Shown here piece by piece: positions 43,701-58,700 of a DNA stretch of 64,000 nt. The DNA is from the human T2T-CHM13v2.0 reference genome, Homo sapiens, in the NCBI RefSeq assembly GCF_009914755.1, contig NC_060946.1, one strand, 5' to 3'. Each line of letters opens with the position of its first letter. Position 1 is the stretch's first letter. Below the pieces are notes generated by a model. That model searched no databases, was not told the origin of the DNA, and saw nothing but the letters and a program-made list of their open reading frames with translations. A program made the translations under genes and the position numbers.

Positions 43701-46700
43701 ATTCGAACAGAATGGAAAAAATGGAATGGACTTGAATGGAATGGAATGTAAAGGACTCAAATGGAATGGAATGCGCTTGAATGGAATGGATAGGAAAGAA
43801 CCAAAATGGAATGGAATGGAATGGAATGGAATGCAATCTAATCGTATGGAATGAATTGGAATGGACTTGAATGGAATAGAATGGAATGGAATGGATTCGA
43901 ATGGAATGGAATGGAATGGACTCCAATGGAATGGAATGGAATGGAATGGACTCCAATGGAATGGAACGGATTTTAATGGAATGGACTCTAATGGAATGGA
44001 ATCCAATGAAATGGAATGGAATGGACTCAAATGGAATAGAATGGGATATACCGGAATGGAATGGAATGCAATGGAATGGACTCGAATGGAAAGGGTTGGG
44101 ACAGACAGGACTCAAGTGAATTGGGATTAAATGGAATGGACTCGAATGGAATGGAATGGAATGGACTCCATTGGAATGGAATAGCGTCGAACGGAATGGA
44201 ATGGAATGGAATGGAATGGAATTGGCTCGAATGGCATGGAATGGAATGCAATGGACTCGAATGGAACAGAATGCAATGTACTCGAAAGGAATGGAGAGGA
44301 AAGGAGTGCAATGGAATCAAATGGAATGGAATGGAATGGAATGGACTCGAAGAGAATGGAATGTGAAGGAATGAAATGGACTCGAATGTAATGCATTGGA
44401 ATGGAAAGGAACAGATCGGAATGGTATGGAATGGAATGGACTTGAACAAAAAGGATTGGAATGGAATGGAATGGAATCGAAAGCAATGGAATTGAATGGA
44501 CGCGAATGGAATGGAACGGAATGGAATGGAATGGAATGGAATGGAACGGAATGGAATGGAATGGAATGGAACGGACTCAAAACGAATGAAATGTAATTTA
44601 CTAGAAACAAAGAGAATGGAATGGACTCGAAAGGAAAGCAGCGGAATGGAATGGATTCGAATGCAGTGGAGTAGAATGAACTCGAGTGGTAAGGTACGGA
44701 ATTGAAAGGACTCGAATGGAATGCAATGTGAAGGAATGAAATCGAGTCGAATGGAATGGAATGGAATTGAATGCAGAAGAAAGAATTGTAATGGAATGAA
44801 ATGGAATGGAATGGAATGGAATGGACTCGAATGGAATAGAAATGAATGGAATGGACATAAATGTAATGGAATGGATTGGAATGGAATGGACTCGAATGGA
44901 ATGGAATGGAAGGGAATGTACACGAATGGATTGGAATGTAATGGACTCGAATGGAATGGAATGGAATGCACACAAATGGATTGGAATGCAATGGACTCGA
45001 ATGTAATGGAATGTACGTGAATTGTATAAAATGGAATGGAATGGAATGTAGTGGAACGAAATGGAATGGACGCGAATGTAATGGAATTGAATGGACTCGA
45101 ATGGTATACAATGGAATGGACTCAAATCTAATAAAACGGAATTGAATAGACTCTAATGTTGTTGAAAGGAAAGGAACCGAATGGAATGGAGTGGAATGGA
45201 ATAGACTCGAATGGAATGGAATGGAAAGGAACCGAAAGGAATGGAATGGAATCGAATGGAATGGAATTGAATGGAATGGACCCAAACAGAATGTAATTGA
45301 ATTTACTCGAATAGAATGGAATGGACTCGAACGAAATGGAAAGGAATGGACTCGAATGGAATGGAATGGAATGGATTGGAATGGAATGGAATGAGATGGA
45401 ACAAAAAGGAATGGACTTGAATGGAATGGAATGGACTCAAATGGAATGTAACGGAATGGAATGGAATGAAATGGACACAAATGGAATGGAATGAACTCGA
45501 ATAGAATGGAATGGAATAAACAAGAATGGAATGGAAAGGACGCGAATGGAATGGAATGGAATGGAATCGAGTTGAGTGGAATGGAATGGAATGTACTCGA
45601 ATTCAATGGAATGGAATTCAATGGACGCTGATGGAATGGAACCAAATGGAATGGAATGCAATGGAATGGAATGGAATGGACACAAATGGAATAGAATGGA
45701 GGAGATTCAATAGAATGGAATGGAATGGAATAGGCTCTAATGGAATGGAATGGAAAGGACATGAACGGAATGGAATGGGCTTGAATGGAATGGAATGGAA
45801 TGAACTGGAATGGAATGGAATTGAATGGACTGGAATGAACTTGATTGGAATGGAGTGCAATTCAATGGAACGGACACGAATGGAATGGAATAGAATGGAA
45901 TAGAATGGAATGGAATGGAATGGAATGGAATGGAATGGAATGGAATGGAATGGACTCAAATGGAAAACGTTGAAATAGAATGGACTCTAATGGACTGGAA
46001 TGAACTAGTATGGACTCGAATGGAATGGAATGGAATGAACTCGAAAGGAATGGAATAGACTCGAACGGAATCGAATGGAATGGGACTGAATTGCCTAGAA
46101 TGGAATGGAATTCAATGGATTCGAATGGAATAGAATGGAATGTACTGGAATGGAATGGAGAGGAGTGGAGTGGACTCGAATGGAACGGAGTTGAATGGAA
46201 TCAAATGGAATGGATTGGAAATGAATAGACTCGAATGGAATGGAATGCACCAGAATGGAATGGACTCGAATGCAATGGAAGTTAAAGGAATGAAATTTAC
46301 TCAAATGGAGTGTAATGGAATGGAACGGACTCGAAAGGAATGGAATTGAATGGAATGGAAGTCAATGTAATTGAATGGAATCTACTGCAGTGGAATGGAA
46401 TGGGAAGGAATGGACTCATAATGAATGGAATGAAATGGAATGGAGTCGAATGGAATGGAATGTAACGGGATGGAATGAACTCGAATGGAATGGAAGTTAA
46501 TGGAATGAAATTTACTCAAATGGAGTGGAATGGAATGGAATGGACATGAATGGAACAGAATGGAATGGAATGTTCTCGAATGGAACACAAAGGAATTTAA
46601 TGGAATGGACTCTAATGGAATGGAATGGAATGGAATGGAATGAACTTGAATGGAATAAAATGGAATTGAATCGAATGAAATGGAATGTACTCAATGGACT

Positions 46701-49700
46701 CGAGTTGAATAGAATGTAATGGACTCTGATGGAGTGGAATGGAAATGAATGGACTCAAAAGGAGTGGGATGCAATACAATGGAATGGAATGGATTGGAAT
46801 GGAATGGACTCGAATGGAATGGAATGCAATGCAATGGAATGGACTCGAATGGAATGGTATGGAATTGAGGCGACTGGAATTGAAGTAAATGGACCTAAAT
46901 GGAATGGAATGGACTCTAATTGAACACAATGGAATGACTTGGGCTCAAATGGAATGGAATGGAAAAGAATGGAATGGAATAGAATGCACACTAATGGAAA
47001 GGGTTTGAATGGAATAGAATTGACTTGAATGGAGTGGAATGGACTCGAGTGGAATGGCATTGAATTTACCCGAATGGAACGGAAAGGAATGGAATGGACT
47101 CAAATGGAATGGAATGGAATGAAATCGAATGGAATGGAATGCACGCGAATGGAATGGAATGGAATGGAATCAACTTGAGTGGAACGGAATGGGATGGAAT
47201 ATACTCGAATTTAATGGAATGGAATTGAATGGACGTGAATGGAATGGAACGGAATTGAAGCAAGTGGAATGGAATGGAATGGAAGGGACTCGAATGGAAT
47301 GGAATGGAATGAACTCGAATGGAATGGAATGAATGCGAATGCAATGGAATGGAATGGAATCGACTCGAGTGGAATGGAATGGAATGGAATGGAATGAAAT
47401 GTACTCGAACTTAATGGAATGGAATTGAATGGACGCGAAAGGAATGGAATGGAATTGAACCAAGAGAAATGGAATGGAATGGAATGGAATGGAATGGAAT
47501 GGAATGGAATGGAATGGAATGGATTGCAATGGAATGGAATGGAATTGAGTGGAATGGAATTGAATAGAAAGCATTTGAATTGAATTGATCTGAATAGAAT
47601 GGAATCGAATGGAAAAGAATGGAATGGAATACAATGGAATGGAATGGAATAGAATGAAATGGAATGGAATGTAATAGAATGAAATGGAATGGAATGGAGA
47701 GGAACGGAGAGGAATGGAATGGAATGGAAAGGAATGGAATAGAATGGAACGGAATGGAATGTAATGGACTTCAATGGAATAGAATGGAATGGAATTGATA
47801 GGAATGGAATGGAATGGATTCGAATGGAATGGAATGCACTCCAACGGAATGAAATGAAATGGAATGGGCTCGAATTGAATAGAATGGAATTTACTGGGTT
47901 GGACTCCAAGGAAATGGACTCTAATGGAATGGAATGGAATGGACTCGAATGGAATAAAACGGATTTGGATGGAATAGAATTGAATGGAGTGGAATGTACA
48001 TGAATGGAATGGAACGGAATGGAATGGAATGGAATGGACTTGAACAGAATAGAAAGGAATTGAATGGATTGGCCTCAAATGAAATGGAATGAAATGGACT
48101 CGAATAGAATGGAATGGACTCGAAATGAATGGAATGGAATGGAATGAACTCTAATGGAATGGAAGGGAATTGTCTCAATAGGAACGGAATGAAATGGATA
48201 CGAATGGAATGGAATGGAATGGACTTGAATGGAATGGAATGCAGTGGACACGAATGTAATGGAAAGGAATGGAAAGGAATGGAATGAAATGCAAAGGAAT
48301 GGAATAAAAAAGGAATGGAACGGAATCGAGAGGACTTGAATGGAATGGAAAGGACTCGAGTGGAATGGAGTGGAATGGAAAGGACTCTAATGGAATGGAC
48401 TCGAATGGAATGGAGTGGAATTGATTCGTACAGAATGGAATGGAATGGAATGGATTCGAGTCAAACGGAATGAGACGCTATGGAATGTACTCGAATGGAA
48501 TGGACTCGAATGGAATAGAACGAACAGAAATGGAACAGAATGGAATGGAAAGGACTCGAATAGAATACAATGGAATTTAATGGAATGGTCTCTAATGGAA
48601 TGGAATGGAATAGACTAGAATGGTATGGAAGGGAATAGACTAGAGTGGAATGGAAGGCAATGGAAAGGTCTCCAATTGAATGGAATGAAATGGACTCATA
48701 TGGCATTGAATGGAATCGAAAGGAATGGAATGGAAAGCAATGGAATGGATTTGATTGGAATGGAATGGAATGGGCTCGAATGGAATTGAATGCAATAGAA
48801 TGGACTCGAATGGAATTGAATGGAATTGACTCAAATGGAATTGAATGGAGTGGACCCGAATGGAATGGATTGAAGTGGAATGGACTCGGATTGGATTGAA
48901 TGGAATGGATTGGGCTCAAATGGAATAGAATGGAACGGAATGGATTCGAATGGAATGGACTCAAATAAAATAGCATGGAATGGAATGGTCTCGAATGCAA
49001 TGGAATGGAATGGAACTGAACGGAATGCAGTTGAATGGACTCAAATGGAATGCAAGGGAATTGAATGGACTCAAATGGAATGGATGTATCAGAAAGGAAT
49101 GAACTCGAATGCAATGGAAAGTAATGGAAAGAAATCGACTTGAATTTAATGGACTAGAACGGAATGGAATGGAATGGAGTGGAATGGAATGGAATCAAAT
49201 GGAATGCATTTGAATTGAATGGACCCGCAAAGAATGGAATGGAAAGCAATGGAATGGATTAGAATGGAAAGGAATGGAATGGAGACGAATGGAGAGGATT
49301 GGAATGGAATGGAACGGAATGGAAAGGAATGGACATGAATGGAATAGAATGGAATCGAATGGAATGGACACGAATGGAATGGAATGTCCTTGAACAGCAT
49401 GAAATGAAATGGAATGGAATCGAATGGAATTTACTGGATTGGAGTCCAATGAAATGGACTCTAATGGAATGGGATGGACTCGAATGCTATAAAACGGAAT
49501 CGGATGGACTCGAATGGAATGGAGTGGAATTGACATGAATGGAATAGAATGGAATACAATGTAATGGACTGGACTGGAATGGAATGGAATGGAATGGAAT
49601 AGAATATAATGGAATGGTATGGATTGGAAACACATTTAATGGAATGGAATGGTCTCGAATGGAATGGAATGGACTCTAGTGGAATGGAATTGAAAGGAAT

Positions 49701-52700
49701 CGAATCTAATGGAATAGAATGGAATTTAATGGATGGGAATCTAATGGAACGGGCTCTAATGGAATGCATTGGAATGGACTCAAATGGAATCGAATGGAAT
49801 GGAATCGAAAGGAATGGAATGGAATGGAAAGGACTCATGTGGAATGGAATGGAATGGAATCGAATGGAATAGAATGGAATGGAATGAAATCGAATGGAAA
49901 GGAGTGGAATGGACACGAATGGAATGGAATGGAATGGAAAGGACTTGAAATGAGTAGAATGGAAATGAAAAGAATGGACTCGAATGAAATGGAATGGAAT
50001 GGATTCGAATGGAATGCAATGGACTCGAGTAAAATGGAATGGAATGGAATGGAACTGGATGGAATGGACTGGAATGTAATGCAGTGGAATGGATTCGAAT
50101 GGAATGGAGTGGAATTGATTAGAATGTAATAGAAGGGAATGTAGTCGAATGGAATTGAATGGAATGGAGTGAAATGGAATAGAATGGAATGGTGAGGAAT
50201 GGAATTGAATAGAATGGAATGGAATGGAATAGAATAGAATGGAATGGAATTCAATGGAATGGAATAGAATGGAATGGAATGGAATGGAATGGAATGGAAT
50301 AGAAAGGAAGAGAATGAATTAGAAGGGAATGGAATGGAATTGAATGAAAGCAAAAAGAAAGGAACGGATTCAAGGGGAATGGAATGCAGTGGAATGGACT
50401 TGAATGGATTGGAATAGATTTAACCCGAATGGAATTAAATGGAATGGCCCCACATGGAATGGAATGGAATGGATTGGAATGGACTCGAATTGAATACAAT
50501 GGAATGGATTGGGCTGAAATGGAATGGATTGGAATGGAAAGGATTCAAATGGAATGGATTGGATGGAATGGGATTGAATGGAATGCACTCGAATGGAATG
50601 GAATGGAATGGAGTCAAACTGAATAGCATGGAACGGAATGGACTCGAATGCCATGGAATGGAATGGACTCGAATGGAATGAAATGGACTCAAACCGAATG
50701 AAGTGGAATGGACTCGAAAGGAATGGAATGGAACTGAAAGGTCTCAAGTGGATTGGAATGTAAGGAAGTGGAATGAACTCGAATGGAAAGGAATGGAATG
50801 GAATGCAATGCACTGTAATGCAATGGAATGGAATGGAATGGAAAGGAATGGAATTGAATGAAATGGACTTGAATGGAATATAATTGAAGGGAATGGAATG
50901 CACTCGGAAGGAATGGAATGGAATGGAATGGAGTGGAATGGAGTGCAATGGAATGGAATGGAATGGATTGCAATCAAATGGAATGGAATGCAATGGAATC
51001 GAATGGACAAGAATGGAATGGAATGGAAGGTAATGGAATGGAATGGAATAAAATGGAATGGAATTGATTGGACTTGAATGGAATAGAAAGGAATGGAATT
51101 TATTGGACTCAAATGAAATGTAATGGAATGGACACGAATGGAATGGAATGGACTCAAATGGAATGGAATGAAATGGAATGGAATGTATTGGAATGGAATG
51201 GACTCAAATGGAATGGAATGGACTCGAATGGAATGGAATGGAAATCAGTGCACAAAAAAGAAAGGGAATGGACTCGAATGGAATGGAGTGTAATAGAATG
51301 GACTCGAATGGAATGGAATGGAATGGAATGGACTCAAATGGAATGGACTCGAATGGAATGGAATGGAATGGAATGAAATGGAATGGAATGGAATGAAATG
51401 GAATGGACTCGAATGGAATGGAATGGACACGAATGAAATGGAATGGAATGGACAGGAATGTATTGGAATCGAATTCATTGAAATGGAATAGAATATAATG
51501 GAGACGAATGGAATGGAATGGAATGTACTGGAATGGAATTGGTTTGAATGGAAAGGATTCGAATGGAATGGAATGGAGTAGACTCAAATGGAATAGCATG
51601 AAATGGAATGGGCTCGAATGCAATGCAATCGAATGGACTCATTAGGAATGGAATGGACTTGAACAAAATGGAGTGGAATGGACTTGAATGGAATGGAATG
51701 GATTTGAATGGATTCGAATTGAATGGAATGTAAGGGAATAGAATGGACTCGAATGTAATGTAATGTAATGTAATGAAATGCACTTGAACGGAATGGAAGA
51801 AATGGACTTCAATGGAATGGAATGAACTGGAATGGAATGGACTCCATGGGAATGCAGTTAAATTGAATGGACCCGAAGGAATGGAATGGAATGGAATGGA
51901 ATGGTATGGAATGGAATGGAATGGAATGGAATGGACTCGAGGGGAATGCAGTTGAATTGAATGGACCCGAAGGAATGGAATGGAATTGAATGGACTCAAG
52001 TGGAATGCAATGGAATTGATTGGAATAAAATGGAATGGACTTGAATGGAATGGAGTGGAATGGAATTGACCCGAGTGGGATGGAATGGAATGGAATGGAA
52101 TCAAATAAAATGGAATGCAGTGGAATGGTCCCGAATGGATTAGAATGGAATGGAAAGGAAAGGAATGGAATGGAATGGAATCGAATGCAATGGAATGGAA
52201 TGCAATAGACTCGAATGAAATTCAATGGAGTGGAATGGACTCTATTGGAATAGAAGGGAATGAAATGGATTGGACTCAAACGGAATGTAATGGAATGGAC
52301 ACGAATGGAATGGAATGGATACAAATGGAATGCAATGGAATGGAATGGACTTGAATGGAATACAAATGGAATTTAATGGGAGGGATTGTAAAGGAATGGA
52401 ATGGACTGGGCTCGAATGGAATGGAATGGAATGGACTCGAATGGAATGGAATGCAATGGAATGTACTCGAATGTATTGGAATGGAATCGACTTGAACGGA
52501 ATGGAATGTAATTCATTGGACTAGAAAAGAATGGAAGGGAATGCAAAGGAATGGACTCGAACGGAATGGAATGGAATGGAATGGAATGGTCTCAAATGGA
52601 ATGGAATGCATTCCAATGGACTCGAATGGAATGGAATGGAATTGACTCAAATGGAGTTGAATGGAATGAACCTGAATGGAATGGAATAGAATGGAATGGA

Positions 52701-55700
52701 AGGGACTCGAATGGCATGTAACGGAATGGATTGGAGTCAAAGGGAATGGAAAGGATTTGAAGGGAATGGACTCGAATGGAAAGCAGTTGAATTGAATTGA
52801 CACGAAAGGGATGGAGTGGAATGAAATGGAATGGAATGGAATGGCATTGAATGGAATGGACTTAACGGAATGGAATGGAGTGGAATGGATTGGAATTGAA
52901 TGGACTTGAAGGGAATAGCATGGAATGGAATGGAATGGACTTGAAGGAAATGGAATGGAATGAATTCGAATGGAATGGAATCGCCTCGAATTGAATGGAA
53001 TGGAATGGAATCAAGTGCAATGGAATGGAATGGACTTGACTGGAATAGAATGGAAGGGAATGGAATCGAATGGAATGGAATGGACACGAGTGGAATGGAA
53101 TGGAATGGAATGGAATGTTATGGACTGGAATGAAGTTGAATGGAAGAGAAAGGAATGGATTCAAAAGGAATGGAATGAAATGCACTCCAAAGGAATGGAA
53201 TGGACTCGACTAGAATGGAATGTAATGGTCTCGAAAGGAAGAGAATGGAATTGACTCAAATGGAATGGAGCGGAAAGGAATGGAGTTGAATGGAGTGGAG
53301 TGGAATGCACTAGAGTGGAATGGAACGGAATTGAATATACTCAAATGGAATGGAATGGGCAAGAAAGAAACGTAATGTAATTGAACCGAAGGAAATGGAA
53401 TGAAATGGAATGGAATGGAGTCGAATGGAATGGAATGGAATGGAATGCAATGCAATGGAATGGAATGTATTGGAATGGAATGGATTCAAAAGGAAAGGAA
53501 TGGAATAAAATTGAATGAACACGAATCGATTGGAATGCAATGGATTCGAATGGAATGGAATGTACTCGAATGGAATGAAATGGAATGGAATGGAGTGGAA
53601 TGGAATGGAATGTACTCGAATGGAATGAAATGGAATGGAGTGGAATGGAATGGATTGGACTCAAATGCAATGGAATGGAACGGACTCGAATGGTGTAGAA
53701 TGGAATGGACTCCAATGGAATGGAACGGAATGGAATGGACTCCATTGGAGTTGAATGGAATGGACCCAAATGGAATAGAATGGAATGGAATGGACTCAAA
53801 TGTAATGTAATGGAAGGGAATGGACTCGAATGGAATGGTATGGAATGGAAAGGACTCGAATGGAATGGAATGGAATGGAAACGAATGGAGTGTAATGGAA
53901 TGGACTCCAATGGAATGGAAAGGAATTGAATGGAATGAAATGGAATCGGGTCAAATGGAATGGAACGGAAATGAATGGATGCGAATGGAATTGAATGGAA
54001 TGAAATGGACTCCAATGATTAGAATGGATTCAAATGGAATGGACTAGAGTGGAATGGAATTGAACTGATTGACCTCGAATGGAATGGAATAGAATGCAAT
54101 GGACTCAAATGGAATGGAATGGACTCGAGTGGAATGCAATGGACTGGAATGGAAAGGAATGGAATGCACTTGAATGGAAAGAAATGGACTCAAATGGAAT
54201 GGAATGGACTAGAATGGAACGGAATGAAATGAAATGGACTCGAGTAGAATGGAAAGGACTCGAATGGAACAGCATGGATTTTCATGGATTCAAATGAAAT
54301 GGAATGGAATGGAATGGACTCGAATGGAATGGAATTGAATGGAGTCAAATGGAATGGAAAGGCTTCGAGTGGAATGCAATGGACTAGAATTTAAAGCAAT
54401 GGAATGGACTTGAATGGAACAAAATGGACTCAAATGGAATGGAATGGAATGGAATGGAATGGACACGAATGGAATTGACTCAAATGGAATCGAATGGACT
54501 TGAATGAAATGGAATTGGATGGAACGGACTCCAATGGAATGAACTCGAATGGAACAGAATGGAATGGACTCGAATGAAATGAAATAGGATGGAATGGACT
54601 CGATTTGAATGGAATGTAATGGACACAAATGGAATGGAATGTACTCGACAGGAATGCAATGGACTAAAACGGATAGGAATGAATGGACTTGAATGGAATG
54701 AAATGGACACAAATGGAATGGAATGGAATGGAAAGGACTCAAATGGAATGGAATGGACACGAATGGAATGGAATGGAATGGAAAGGACTCGAATGGAATA
54801 CAACTGAATTTAATGGAAAGGTCTCTAAAGGAATGGAATGGAATGGAATGGACTTGAATGGAATAAAATGGAATAGACTTGATTGGAATTTAATGGAATG
54901 GAATGGAGTGGAATGGAAGGGAAAGGAATGGACTCGAATAGAATGGAATTCAATTTAATGGCCTCAACATGAATGAAATGGAATGCAATAGAATGGACTA
55001 GAATGTAATGGGATGGAATGGGCTATAATGGAATGGAATGTAATTAATTGATCTCAATAGGAATGGAATCGAAAGCAATGGAACGGACTCGAATTGAATG
55101 GAATGGAATTGACTCGAATGGAATTGAATGGAATGGACTCGAAAGGAAGAAAATGGAATGAACTCGAGTGGAATGGAGTGGAATGGAATGGTCTCTAATG
55201 GAATAGAGTGGAATGGAATCGAATGGAATGGAATAGAATGGACTCGAATGGAATGAAAAGTAATGGAATGGAATGGACTCGAATGGAATGGAATGGAATG
55301 GAATACAATGTCCTCGAAGGCAATGCAATGGAATGGACTTGAATGGAATGGAATAGACTCGAATGGAATGGAATGGAATAAACTAAAGTGGAATGGAATG
55401 GAATGGAATGGAATGGAATGGAATGGAATGGAATGGAATGGAATGTATTGGAATGGAATGGAATGTATTGGAATGGAATGGACTCAAACAGAAAGGAAAG
55501 GAATGGATCCGAATGGAAAGGAATGGAATGGAATGGACTCGAATGGAAGGGAATGGAGGGGAATGGACTCAAATGGAATAGAATGGAATGGAATGGATTC
55601 GAATGTAATGGAATGGAATGGACTAGAGTGGAATGGAATTGAATTTTATGACCTCGAAAAGAATGGAATGGACTCGAATGGAATGGAATGGAATGGAGTC

Positions 55701-58700
55701 GAAAGATCTAGAATGGAATGGACTCTAATGGAATGGAATGGAATGGAATCAACTCGAGTGGATACAATCCAATGGAATGGAATGTAAAGAAATGGAAATT
55801 TGTGGAATGGAAACAAAAGAAATGGAATGGAGTGGACCCGAATGGAATGAAATGGAATGGTTTGGATTTGAATGGAATGGAACGGAATGGAATGGACTCG
55901 AATGGGGTTGAATGGAATGGACCCGAAAGGAATGGAATGCAATAGAATGGAAACAAATGTAATGGAATGGAATGGACTCGAATGGAATGGTATGGAATGG
56001 AAAGGACACGAATAGAATGGAATGGAATGGAATGGAATGGACATGAATGCTGTGTAATGGAATGGACTCGAATTGAATGGAAAGGACACTAATGGAGCAC
56101 AATGGAATGGGGTCGAATGGAATGGAATGGAAATGAATGGATTCGAATGGAATTGAATGGAATGGAATGGACTCGAATGGAATGGAATGGATTCGAATGT
56201 AATTTAATGGATTAGAATGGATTGAAGTGGAATGGAATGGAATGGACTAGAGTGGAATGGAATTGATTTCAGTGACTTCGAATGGAATGTAAAGGAATGG
56301 AATGGAATATACTCGAATGGAAAGGAATGGACTCTAGTGGAATGCAATGGACTAGAATGGAAAGGAATGGAATGGAATCGAATGGAATGAAATGGACCCA
56401 AATGGAATGGAATGTACAAAGATGGAATGGAATGGAATGGAATGGAATGGACTCGAATGGAAAGGAATGGATTTTAATGGAATCGAATGAAATGAAATGG
56501 AATGGAATGGAATGGATTTGAATTGAAGAAATTGGAATGGACTCGAATGGAATGGAATCGAATAGAATGGAACGGAGTGGAATGGAATGGACTCGAATGC
56601 AATGGAATGGAGTGGACTCAAATGGTGCAGAATGGAATGGACTCGAATGGAAAGGAATGGAATGGAATGGACTCGAATGGTTTAGAATGGAATGGAATCG
56701 AACAGAATGGAACAGAATGGGAAGGTCTCGAATGGGTCTGAATGGAATGGACCCGAATGGAATGGAATGGAATGGAACGGAAACAAATGTAATGTAATGG
56801 AATGGAAGGGACTAGAGTTGAATGGTATGGAATGGAAAGGACTTGAATGGAATGGAATGGACACGAATGAAGTGTAATGGAATGGACTCAAATTGAATAG
56901 AAAGGATCAAATGGAGCGCAATGGTATGGGGTCGAATGGAATGGAATGGAATGGAAATGAATGGATTCGCATGGAATGGAATGGACTCGAATGGAATGGA
57001 ATGGATTTGAATGTAATTTAATTAATTGGAATGGATTGAAATGGAATGGAATGGAATGGACTTGAGTGGAAAAGAATTGATTAGAATGACTTCGAAAGGA
57101 ATGGAATGAAATGGAATGGAATTGAATGGGATGTAATGGAATGGAATATAATCGAATGGAAAGGAATAGACTCCAGTGGAATGCAATGGACTAGAATGGA
57201 GAGGAATGGAATGGACTCGAATGGAATGAAATGGACTCAAATTGAATGGAATGGACTCGAATGGAATGGAATTGAATGGAATGGTCTCGAGTGGAATGGA
57301 ATAAACTCTAATGGAACAGATTGGAATGGACTCAAATGAAATGAAATGTAATGGAATGGGCTTGAATGGAATGGAATGGAATGGACTCCAATGGAATGGA
57401 ATGGACTCGAATGGAATGCAATGGACTAGAATGGAAAGGATTGGAATAGACTTGAATGAAATGAAATAGATTCAAATGGAAAGGAATGAAATGAAATGGA
57501 CTCGAATTGGATGGAATGGACTCAAATGGAATGGACTCAAATGGAATGGAATGGACTCTAATTGAATGGAATTCAATGGAATGGACTCGAATGGAATGAA
57601 ATGAACTCGCATGGAACAGAATGGAATGGACTCGAATGAAATGAAATGGAATGGAATGGACTCGAATGGAATGGAATGGAGAGGACTCGAATCAAATGGA
57701 ATGGACTCGACTGGAATGCAATACACTAGAATGGAAAGGAATGGAATGGAATTGAATGGAATGAAATGGAATGAAATTGACACAAATGGAATGGGATGGA
57801 ATGGAATGGACTCGAATGGAATGGAATGGATTCGAATGGAATGGAATGGACACTAACGGAAAGGAATGGAATGGAATGGACTCGAATGGAATACAACTGA
57901 ATTTAATGGAATGGTCTCTAAAGGAATGTAATGGAATGGACTTGAATGGAATAACATGGAATAGACTAGAATAGAATTTAATGGAATGGAATGGAGTGAA
58001 TGGAAGGGAATGGAATGGACTCGAATAGAATGCAATGCAATTGAATGCTATCAAAAGTAATGGAATAGAATGCAATGGAATGGACTCGAATGTAATGGGA
58101 TGGAATGGACTATAATGGAATGGAATGCAATTAAATGGTCTCGATAGGAATGGAATCGAAATCAACGGAATGGATTTGAATTGAACGGAATGGAATTGAC
58201 TCGAACGGAATTGAATTGAATGGACTCGAATGAAAGGATGTGGAATGGACTCGACTGGAATGGAGAAGAATGGAATGGACTCGAATGGAATAGAGTGGAA
58301 TGGAATCAAATTAAACGGAATGGAATGGACTCGAATGGAATGAAAACTAATGGAATGGAATGGACTCGAATGGAATGGAATGGAATGAAATGGAATGGAA
58401 TGGAATAGAATGTCCTCGAATGCAATGCAGTGTAATGGACTTGAATGGAATGGAATAGACTCGAATAGAATTGAATGGAATGGAATCGACTCAAGTGGAA
58501 TGGAATGGAATGGAGTAAACTAGAACGGAATGGAATGGAATGGAACGGAAAGGATTGGTATGGAATGAAATTGACTTGAATGGAAAGGAATGGAATGGAA
58601 TGGAATGGAATGAAATAGACTCGAAAGGAATGGAATGGAATGAAATGGAATGGAACTGAACGGATTGGTATGGAATGGAAGGGACTTGAATGGAATAGAA

